64,000 nt of DNA, taken from positions 10,326 through 74,325 of the forward strand of contig JAJFIR010000040.1 in the NCBI GenBank assembly GCA_021774795.1. The letters are read 5' to 3'. Below are positions 56,902 through 64,000 of this stretch, piece after piece (the first letter of the stretch is position 1; each line of letters starts with the position of its first letter). This stretch comes from Emcibacteraceae bacterium (GTDB lineage Bacteria; Pseudomonadota; Alphaproteobacteria; Sphingomonadales; Emcibacteraceae). Below the pieces are notes generated by a model. The model searched no databases. It saw only the letters and a program-made list of their open reading frames with translations, and was not told the DNA's origin. A program made the position numbers and the translations under genes.

Positions 56902-57783
56902 TTATTTATCTAAGCTATTGAAAATGTTCGTGTAAACAATACCGATAAAGGTATCTGGATTCATGAATCCATTGCCATAATCACCATCATATTTACTAAG
57001 AGGGCTCAATTCCTTAACTTGATCGAGCGACAAACCTTGATTCGCTAGGGGCGTTAGAATGCTGTCAATGTCCATCAAGACATCATAATAAACCTGTAGT
57101 CCCCCTTTATCCGTTAGTGGCCCGTGGCCTGGTATGATCTGCGTCTGGTTGTCTATATTGCCTAAAGTATCTTTAACAACCATCAGCAATCCGCTCCAGG
57201 AACCGCCGCCCGGCACGTCTACATAAGGGTAGGATTCGTTGAAAAAAGTGTCTCCCATGTGAATGACATTTTTACCACCAAAATAAACGATGCTATCACT
57301 ATCTGTATGGGCGGAGTGATAATGTTTTGTTTTGATATGCATACCGTTCATATGGAATGTCAACTTATCGTTAAATGTAATGATCGGAAGCGCTTCTTTT
57401 GCAGAACCTTCGTCATTAAGCCGCTTATAAACGTTATCATGGGCGACAATATCAATGCCTTCTTTACCAAGGTTCTCGTTTCCGCCCGTGTGATCACCAT
57501 GATAATGAGTATTAAAGGCGAAATGGATATCATCGGTTGAAAGTTCACGTATAGCGGTTAGTATTTTTGCCGTGAGTGGTGCATATTGATCGTCAATAAG
57601 AAAAACGCCGTCTTCGCCGATGGATACCCCTAAATTACCACCTTCACCCATCATCATATATAGATCGTCGGTAACTTTCGTTGTAGTGATTTCTATATTG
57701 TCCCAATCTTGTGCGAATGCGCCGGCATTAACCGCAAAAGCGACAACGGATGCTATAAGTATCTTTTTCATTTGGTTCCTCAT
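56902..57783 (-). CDS. Exported MBL-fold metallo-hydrolase (paralog 1)
   Basis: 293 aa with a signal peptide (ILIASVVAFAVNAGAFA-QD), HxHxDH (NTHYHGDHTGGN), AHTDSDS and IPGHGP. Confidence 0.85.
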   Translation of the reverse strand: MRNQMKKILIASVVAFAVNAGAFAQDWDNIEITTTKVTDDLYMMMGEGGNLGVSIGEDGVFLIDDQYAPLTAKILTAIRELSTDDIHFAFNTHYHGDHTGGNENLGKEGIDIVAHDNVYKRLNDEGSAKEALPIITFNDKLTFHMNGMHIKTKHYHSAHTDSDSIVYFGGKNVIHMGDTFFNESYPYVDVPGGGSWSGLLMVVKDTLGNIDNQTQIIPGHGPLTDKGGLQVYYDVLMDIDSILTPLANQGLSLDQVKELSPLSKYDGDYGNGFMNPDTFIGIVYTNIFNSLDK

Positions 57784-57792
57784 ATTATGTTA

Positions 57793-58665
57793 TTATTTAT
57801 TTTTAATCGATATTGAGATGCTTTTATAAGTGGTCTCTATAAAGGTTCGCGGGTTTGTAAAACCGTTACCCCATACGGCATCATATTCCTTATATGGTGA
57901 AAGTTCAATGACGTCTTCCAGAGTTAAGTTTTGCTCAATCAGGTTTTCCATGATCTGATACATTTTTTTTAACTCACCAACCTGAATCACGAGCTTGTTT
58001 TTATTTATGATCGGCCCATGCCCCGCCATAACGACCGTTTCATCGTTAATATTGGCTATAGTATCATCGATGGCTTTGATAATACCTATGAACGAACCCT
58101 TAGCAGGAAGGTCGATATAAGGATAATTTTTATCATTATAAATGTCGCCCATATGAATAACATTTTTCCCGTCAAAATACACAATACTATCACCATCTGT
58201 ATGTGCATTTTTATAATGAATTGTGCGGATATGCATTCCATTTATATGAAAGGTCAATTTATTATTAAATGTTATAATAGGAAGCCCACCGGAATTTTGA
58301 TTTTTTAATCTATTATACACATTGTCGTGCGCCACAATATCCACGCCAATATTGCCTAGATTTTCGTTGCCGCCAGTATGATCACCATGAAAATGTGTAT
58401 TAAAAGCAAAATGGATTTCTTTGTCTGATAATTCTCGGATAGTGGCGAGAATTTTTGTCGTGAGCGGCGCATATTGATCATCGATCAGAAAAATACCGTC
58501 GTCGCCGATTGAAACGCCTATATTTCCCCCTTCACCTTCTAACATATAAAGGTCTTCAGCGACTTTCGTCGTTTTTACTTCTACTTTATCGAAGTGCATT
58601 TGCGCAAAACCGATTTGGTTAAACAATATCGCGGAAGCTAAAATTATTAATTCATATTTTTTCAT
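57793..58665 (-). CDS. Exported MBL-fold metallo-hydrolase (paralog 2)
   Basis: 290 aa with a signal peptide, HxHxDH (NTHFHGDHTGGN), AHTDGDS and AGHGP. The N-terminal two-thirds are highly similar to paralog 1. Confidence 0.85.
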   Translation of the reverse strand: MKKYELIILASAILFNQIGFAQMHFDKVEVKTTKVAEDLYMLEGEGGNIGVSIGDDGIFLIDDQYAPLTTKILATIRELSDKEIHFAFNTHFHGDHTGGNENLGNIGVDIVAHDNVYNRLKNQNSGGLPIITFNNKLTFHINGMHIRTIHYKNAHTDGDSIVYFDGKNVIHMGDIYNDKNYPYIDLPAKGSFIGIIKAIDDTIANINDETVVMAGHGPIINKNKLVIQVGELKKMYQIMENLIEQNLTLEDVIELSPYKEYDAVWGNGFTNPRTFIETTYKSISISIKNK

Positions 58666-59339
58666 TTGCTTCCTAATAAACCTTTTATGTTATGGAACAC
58701 GTCTTCAAACATCTCAGTGGTGAGGCGCTTGGTATTGGTATTATAACGCGAGCAGTGGTAGCTATCAATAAGTGTAAGACCATTTGATAGAACGTGCATC
58801 TTATTATGGCCGAATTTAAATGCAGATTTTTTCTCTACATATGTGGATAACACTGCATTATGGGCAACCAGGCCCAAGGCCAAAATAATACGAATGGTTG
58901 GCAGTCTTTCGATTTGTTCAATCAAAAAAGGGCGGCAATTTGCTTCTTCTGCACCGATTGTTTTATTCTGCGGTGGAACACAGCGAACAGCATTAGTGAT
59001 AATTGCTTTATGCAGGGTCAATCCGTCATCAATTCGTGCATCAAATGATCCTTTGGCAAACCCGAATTTTTCTAATGTTGGATAAAGTAAATCTCCAGCG
59101 TAATCACCAGTAAAAGGTCGGCCAGTTCTATTTGCGCCTTTAAGGCCGGGAGCTAAACCGACGATTAAGAGCTCTGCGTCGGTTGATCCGAATGCCGGGA
59201 CGGGGCCATTGAAGAAATTTGGGTATTTTTCTTCATTAACTTCCCTGAAATCTACTAATCTGGGACATAAACTGCAATTTAGCGGGGCATTACCGGGAAG
59301 TGCTCGGTGGTTTTCTTTTATGTAATCAGTTATAAGCAT
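58662..59339 (-). CDS. Uracil-DNA glycosylase superfamily protein (family 4/5 type)
   Basis: It has the N-terminal CSLCPRL and motif A VGLAPGLKGANRTGRPFTGDYAG. I prefer the start MLITDY at 59339, just after the upstream stop. Its stop overlaps the MBL paralog 2 start by 4 nt. Confidence 0.8.
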   Translation of the reverse strand: MLITDYIKENHRALPGNAPLNCSLCPRLVDFREVNEEKYPNFFNGPVPAFGSTDAELLIVGLAPGLKGANRTGRPFTGDYAGDLLYPTLEKFGFAKGSFDARIDDGLTLHKAIITNAVRCVPPQNKTIGAEEANCRPFLIEQIERLPTIRIILALGLVAHNAVLSTYVEKKSAFKFGHNKMHVLSNGLTLIDSYHCSRYNTNTKRLTTEMFEDVFHNIKGLLGSK

Positions 59340-59340
59340 C

Positions 59341-59895
59341 CTATGGATGCCCGGCAGCATCGGATGCGGCAACCCTGCTAAATTCTTCATGCATATTTGA
59401 TATTTCAATAAAACTGTCTGCTTGACGGCGTAGTTCGTCCGCTATCATTGACGGCTGGGTTTTGGTACTGCTTACCACAGTTACACGAACCCCTTTGCGC
59501 TGCAATGCTTCGACAAGTCGCCTAAAATCACCGTCTCCAGAAAAAAGCACCATGTGATCGACATGGTCTGCCATTCCCATCATATCGATGGCAAGTTCCA
59601 TATCCATATTCCCCTTTATTTTTTTTTCGCCACGATCGTCTGTAAATTCTTTGGTTGGCTTTGTTATCATCGTAAAACCGTTATAATCAAGCCAATCCAC
59701 AAGTGGTCGCAGAGGTGAATAATCAGCGTCTTCAATAAGGGCAGTGTAATAGTTTACGCGCAGCAGACGGCTGCTTTTTGCGAAATAGCGCCTTAATCGG
59801 CCATAATCAATATCGAAGTTTAATGATTTTGCGGTGGCGAATAGGTTGGAGCCATCAATAAAAATAGCTAATTTCTCATCCGGATAAAACAACAT
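59341..59895 (-). CDS. NYN-domain (LabA-like) protein
   Basis: 184 aa. LAIFIDGSNLFATAKSLNFDIDYGRL and VLFSGDGDFRRLVEALQRKGVRV are typical of LabA/DUF88 NYN proteins. Confidence 0.85.
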   Translation of the reverse strand: MLFYPDEKLAIFIDGSNLFATAKSLNFDIDYGRLRRYFAKSSRLLRVNYYTALIEDADYSPLRPLVDWLDYNGFTMITKPTKEFTDDRGEKKIKGNMDMELAIDMMGMADHVDHMVLFSGDGDFRRLVEALQRKGVRVTVVSSTKTQPSMIADELRRQADSFIEISNMHEEFSRVAASDAAGHP

Positions 59896-60062
59896 AATAA
59901 AATCCCAAAATATAAATAAAATATAATTACTTATAACATATTCTGGGTATTTTTTATATAATATTGGAACGACGCGTCATTTGATATGGTTGCATTATCA
60001 CTAATCAGTGTTTACAGCATATATTTAGTTCATCATTAATTGTACGAATTGGCTATTTTATA

Positions 60063-60590
60063 ATGATTTTAATCGGATTGGGTAGTAATTTGACGACACA
60101 AAAGTATGTGTCTTCGAAATACGTTTTGGAAGCGGCACTTGAAGCATTTTCGAAATATAATATTTTTATAGTGACTAAATCAAAATTTTATGAAACTGAA
60201 CCTATCCCTAAATCGGATCAGCCATGGTTTGTAAATGCAGTGGTTAGTGTGAAAACCGGCCATAACGCGCTAGAGTTATTAAATATTTTACATGAAATTG
60301 AACAAAGCCTGGGGCGTGTGCGTCGTGACAAATGGGAAGCCAGAGTAATAGATCTCGATTTGTTATGTTATGATGAACAGATATATCCAAACTTAGCCGA
60401 ATGGCGAATTGCGTCGAAAACCCCACTACAGGACAAGCCGGTAATTCCCCACGCCAGACTGCATGAAAGAAATTTTGTGCTGATTCCAATTATTGATATT
60501 TCCCGTGATTGGATTCATCCTGTATTAAACAAAAACGTATTAAATCTGTTAAAAGATCGTCAATCGGACGAGATTGTTAGGGTTTTGTAG
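60063..60590 (+). CDS. folK: 2-amino-4-hydroxy-6-hydroxymethyldihydropteridine pyrophosphokinase
   Basis: 175 aa with ILIGLGSNL, FYETEPI, RWEARVIDLDLL and PHARLHERNFVLIP. Confidence 0.92.
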   Translation: MILIGLGSNLTTQKYVSSKYVLEAALEAFSKYNIFIVTKSKFYETEPIPKSDQPWFVNAVVSVKTGHNALELLNILHEIEQSLGRVRRDKWEARVIDLDLLCYDEQIYPNLAEWRIASKTPLQDKPVIPHARLHERNFVLIPIIDISRDWIHPVLNKNVLNLLKDRQSDEIVRVL

Positions 60591-60701
60591 TTAAAATTAC
60601 CTATTTATAGTACATAGCGGCTTTACAGAAGGTTGTAAGAATTGTATAAGCCGTTCTTTATTTGCCAGTTTATGGCGTTTTTGTTATGTGGAGATTGTGC
60701 G

Positions 60702-61097
60702 ATGGCACGCGTTACCGTTGAAGATTGCGAAGATAAAGTATCTAACCGTTTTGATCTTGTGTTATTAGCCGCCCGTCGTGCGCGTCAAATTTCGGCTGGA
60801 GCTCCGATCACAGTAGAGCGTGACAATGATAAGAATCCCGTCGTTGCCCTTCGTGAAATAGCAGATGAAACAGTTATTGCCGATGACCTTCAGGAAGCAG
60901 TACTTTATGGTTTGCAAAAACATGTGGAAGTTGATGAGCCGGAGGAAGATGATATTTCGTTATTACTAGCTGAACAAAAACTTTCGGAAAATAATCAGGA
61001 TATGACAGCAGATAATCTTGCAAAAGTAGCGATGGAAGTTAAAGCTGAAGTTGCTAAGGCTGAAGCGGGAGAGACAGAGGAAGAAACCTCCGAATAA
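60702..61097 (+). CDS. rpoZ: DNA-directed RNA polymerase subunit omega
   Basis: I prefer the start [30 protein letters not shown] at 60702. The C-terminal tail is acidic. Confidence 0.93.
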   Translation: MARVTVEDCEDKVSNRFDLVLLAARRARQISAGAPITVERDNDKNPVVALREIADETVIADDLQEAVLYGLQKHVEVDEPEEDDISLLLAEQKLSENNQDMTADNLAKVAMEVKAEVAKAEAGETEEETSE

Positions 61098-61122
61098 CTA
61101 ACTCTGTTATATTTTTTTGAAA

Positions 61123-61158
61123 AGGCTTGTTTGAGGTATTCTCTGCAAGTCTTTTTTT
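61123..61158 (+). terminator. Rho-independent terminator after rpoZ
   Basis: AGGCTTG...CAAGTCT forms a 7-bp stem with one G-U pair and a 16-nt loop, followed by TTTTTT. Confidence 0.5.
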
Positions 61159-61219
61159 GTACACTATATATAATATGTGATTAAACTAAGTTTGACATGA
61201 TTAATGTGGAATACGGTGT

Positions 61220-63367
61220 GTGATTAGACAATATGAACTCATAGATATGGTTAAAGCCTATGATCCTGATTTAGATGAAATGCTTCTCAATCGGGCATAT
61301 GTGTTTTCTATGAAAGCTCACGGTACTCAAAAACGAGCTAGCGGTGATCCGTATTTCTCGCATCCTCTTGAAGTCGCGGGAATATTGACCGAAATGCAAC
61401 TTGACGGTGATACGATTGTGACTGCCTTACTGCATGACACGATTGAAGACACCGTAGCGACATTTGAGCAGATTGAAGGACTTTTTGGCGATGATATTGC
61501 CAAGATGGTAGATGGCGTAACGAAGCTTTCGGAGCTTGAATATACCTCAGAAACTTCTAAGCAAGCTGAAAATTTTCGGAAATTTTTACTTGCGATGTCG
61601 AATGATATCCGTGTGCTTTTAGTGAAACTTGCTGATCGGCTGCATAATATGCGAACCCTGCATCATATTCAAAATACTGAGAAAAGAGCGAGAATATCAA
61701 GAGAAACTTTGGACATTTACGCTCCGCTCGCCGAAAGAATAGGCATGCAGGAATTGATGAACGAGCTTGAGGATTTAGCATTTCCGCATGTCTACCCGGA
61801 AGCACACGAGTCGATTATGAAAAGGTTGGATTATCTTTATGCCAACACCGAAAATGTTCGCGATGAAGTTATCAGTGAACTGGAAAAAATATTTGCAGAA
61901 AATTTTCTTGATGCAGAAGTCATAGGTAGACGAAAACAGCCCTATTCTATCTGGAAAAAAATTACCTACAGAAATGTAAGTTTGGAAAATCAGGCCGATC
62001 TTTTTGCTTTTAGGGTAATTGTAGATAATGTTGAAGATTGTTACAAAGCTTTAGGAATTATACATAAATCGTGGCAAGCTGTTCCTGGATTACTTAAAGA
62101 CTATATTTCCATGCCAAAGCCCAACGGTTATCAATCCATTCATACAGTGGTAATAGGCCCGCAGCGTAAGCGAATAGAGATCCAAATTAGATCTACTGAA
62201 ATGGACATTATCGCAGAAAAAGGTGTTGCAGCCCATTGGCAATATAAAAATCAAGTTTCGATAAAAGATGGTGCTCATTACCGGTGGTTGCAGGATTTGC
62301 TGGAAATTATGGAACATGCCGCCGATCCTGAGGAATTTTTGGAACATACCAAAATCGCAATGTACCAAAATCAGGTATTTTGTTTTACCCCAAAGGGAGA
62401 ACTTATAAATCTTCCCGCAGGGTCATCCGTGGTTGATTTTGCCTACGCAGTGCATACGAAAGTTGGGGATACCTGTGTTGGTGGAAAGGTTAACGGCGAA
62501 GCCGCTCAATTGAAAAGAGTTCTCAATAACGGTGATCAGGTAGAAATATTGCGTTCCAAAGCACAAAAACCACATCAGAGTTGGGTAAATTTTGTTGTAA
62601 CTGGAAAAGCCAAAGCGGCTATTCGTCGTTATACCCGTCAGCAGCAGAAAAAAGAATATATAGAGTTGGGTGAAGAAATACTTAAGCATTCTTTCGAGCA
62701 AGAAAAACGGGAATATACAAAAAAGGCGATTACTGCGGCTGCCAAGAAAATGAATCTGAGAGGTTCTGGCGGTGTTTTTGAGAAAGTAGGAAGTGGGGAA
62801 ATTTCTGATCGAACGGTCCTTGAAATTGTATTTCCCGGCTTAAAGAATAAAAACGGTTCTCATGCGGTTGGTGCCATTGTTGTTGATAAAAAACGCCCTC
62901 ACAAAGCAGGTGATAATCAGTTGCCAATTAAAGGGCTTGCGCCGGGGTTGCCTGTAGTAATTTCAAAATGTTGTCATCCTCTTCCGGGTGACCGAATTGT
63001 TGGTATTGTGACTTCCGGCAAGGGAATTATGGTTCATACAATTGATTGTGATGCGCTGGATGTTTATACGGAAATGCCTGAATCGTGGCTGGATCTTTCT
63101 TGGAACCCACCAGAAAATAGTGCAGAGATAAATATCGCAAGAGTAGATTTGGCATTAAAGCATGTAACTGGCGCGCTGGCATCGGTGCTTTCGATTGTGG
63201 CTCAAGATGAGGGGAATGTGAGCAATATAAAATTCAGCGAACGATCGCTCGATATTTTTCGTATTGAGCTTGATATTGAGGTCAGAGATGTTAAACATTT
63301 AACAGGTATTATTGCAGCACTTCGGGCGAGTAAATACGTGAACTCAATCGAGAAGTCATTTAGCTAG
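61220..63367 (+). CDS. spoT: Bifunctional (p)ppGpp synthetase/hydrolase (Rel/SpoT homolog)
   Basis: 715 aa with a GTG start (MIRQYELIDMVKAYDP), an HD hydrolase domain (HPLEVA...LHDTIEDT), a synthetase domain (YISMPKPNGYQSIHT), a TGS domain (VFCFTPKGELINLPAGS) and a C-terminal ACT-like domain. Confidence 0.96.
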   Translation: MIRQYELIDMVKAYDPDLDEMLLNRAYVFSMKAHGTQKRASGDPYFSHPLEVAGILTEMQLDGDTIVTALLHDTIEDTVATFEQIEGLFGDDIAKMVDGVTKLSELEYTSETSKQAENFRKFLLAMSNDIRVLLVKLADRLHNMRTLHHIQNTEKRARISRETLDIYAPLAERIGMQELMNELEDLAFPHVYPEAHESIMKRLDYLYANTENVRDEVISELEKIFAENFLDAEVIGRRKQPYSIWKKITYRNVSLENQADLFAFRVIVDNVEDCYKALGIIHKSWQAVPGLLKDYISMPKPNGYQSIHTVVIGPQRKRIEIQIRSTEMDIIAEKGVAAHWQYKNQVSIKDGAHYRWLQDLLEIMEHAADPEEFLEHTKIAMYQNQVFCFTPKGELINLPAGSSVVDFAYAVHTKVGDTCVGGKVNGEAAQLKRVLNNGDQVEILRSKAQKPHQSWVNFVVTGKAKAAIRRYTRQQQKKEYIELGEEILKHSFEQEKREYTKKAITAAAKKMNLRGSGGVFEKVGSGEISDRTVLEIVFPGLKNKNGSHAVGAIVVDKKRPHKAGDNQLPIKGLAPGLPVVISKCCHPLPGDRIVGIVTSGKGIMVHTIDCDALDVYTEMPESWLDLSWNPPENSAEINIARVDLALKHVTGALASVLSIVAQDEGNVSNIKFSERSLDIFRIELDIEVRDVKHLTGIIAALRASKYVNSIEKSFS

Positions 63368-63392
63368 TTTGGTAGGAAAATGAAAGGCCATC

Positions 63393-63980
63393 ATGAATAA
63401 AGAAGATGTTTTAGATGAATTTAGGAATGCTGAAGCCTTGCTGGAAGGGCATTTCATTCTTTCATCGGGATTGCATAGTGAAATGTATCTTCAGTGCGCC
63501 CGGGTTATGATGGACCCAGCAAGAGGCGCCCGAATCTGTGCCGCTTTGGCTGAAAAAGTTAACATGATGATTGATGAAAAAATTGATATTGTCGTTTCAC
63601 CGGCGATGGGTGGGGTGATAGTAGGATATGAAATGGGTCGTCAACTTGGTGTGCCTGCTATTTTCGCAGAACGGGTAAGTGGTGAATTTGAACTGAGGCG
63701 TGGATTTGAAATTCCACAAGGTGCCAATATACTCATGTCAGAGGATATCGTTACTACCGGCCTTTCATCAAAAGAATGCATTAAAACCATAGAGAAATAT
63801 GGTGGTAACGTCGTCGCCGCGAGTTGCCTTATTGACCGAAGCAACGGAAAAATAGATGTCGGTGTGCCACTCGTGTCTTTAATCGGTCTTGAAATTTCCG
63901 CATATTCGGCTGACAACCTTCCTGCGCATTTAAAAAACAGTGAAGCGATTAAGCCGGGTAGTAGAGATATGAAGAAATAA
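63393..63980 (+). CDS. pyrE: Orotate phosphoribosyltransferase
   Basis: 195 aa with EGHFILSSGLHSEMYLQC and the PRPP loop ILMSEDIVTTGLS. Confidence 0.92.
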   Translation: MNKEDVLDEFRNAEALLEGHFILSSGLHSEMYLQCARVMMDPARGARICAALAEKVNMMIDEKIDIVVSPAMGGVIVGYEMGRQLGVPAIFAERVSGEFELRRGFEIPQGANILMSEDIVTTGLSSKECIKTIEKYGGNVVAASCLIDRSNGKIDVGVPLVSLIGLEISAYSADNLPAHLKNSEAIKPGSRDMKK

Positions 63981-64000
63981 CAATTTGCTGTAAAAGGAAA

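Overview
This is a 64 kb, AT-rich chromosomal segment (about 40% G+C by eye, not computed) that looks alphaproteobacterial. The evidence is a C4-pathway 5-aminolevulinate synthase next to hemB, a glyA-nrdR-ribD-ribE-ribB-ribH-nusB-thiL block, bamE/Cbp3-like/yceD-plsX-fabH-ihfA-merR-tRNA-Pro, recG/sdhE-mfd, lptFG, and dapA-smpB ... folK-rpoZ-spoT-pyrE. I call about 70 protein genes, including one edge-truncated gene missing from the ORF track (hemB, 1..463, minus strand). I also call 2 tRNAs, Pro-GGG and Leu-UAA, both folded by hand. I found no rRNA, CRISPR array, transposase, integrase or recognisable phage/defence gene, so most of the window is core housekeeping genome. Several small accessory patches interrupt it, and these are the leads I rank highest. 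(1) A ceramide/sphingolipid-type operon (fatty acyl-AMP ligase, SDR reductase, dedicated ACP, serine-palmitoyltransferase-like enzyme). It is flanked by a diacylglycerol-kinase-fold protein whose GGDG catalytic motif is replaced by GGQA, and lies near lptFG plus a large GNAT acyltransferase. (2) Two diverged DUF2336 paralogs bracket an orphan cytoplasmic PAS histidine kinase and NAD kinase, with an orphan FlgC-like rod protein next to them. An orphan FliL-like protein sits elsewhere in the window. (3) An ECF sigma factor is paired with a 93-aa soluble anti-sigma whose Cys/His spacing matches the RsrA-type zinc thiol switch, in an integrase-less islet next to tRNA-Pro. (4) A twin-arginine-signal alanine racemase homolog sits in an operon with a sodium:solute symporter. 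(5) A 265-nt ORF-free gap between convergent genes has nested long-range pairing and may encode an sRNA. (6) An exported R/G/Y/N-rich low-complexity protein lies beside two tandem exported MBL-fold paralogs. Every functional call rests on reading the translated ORFs and recalling family motifs; I ran no database search or folding program.
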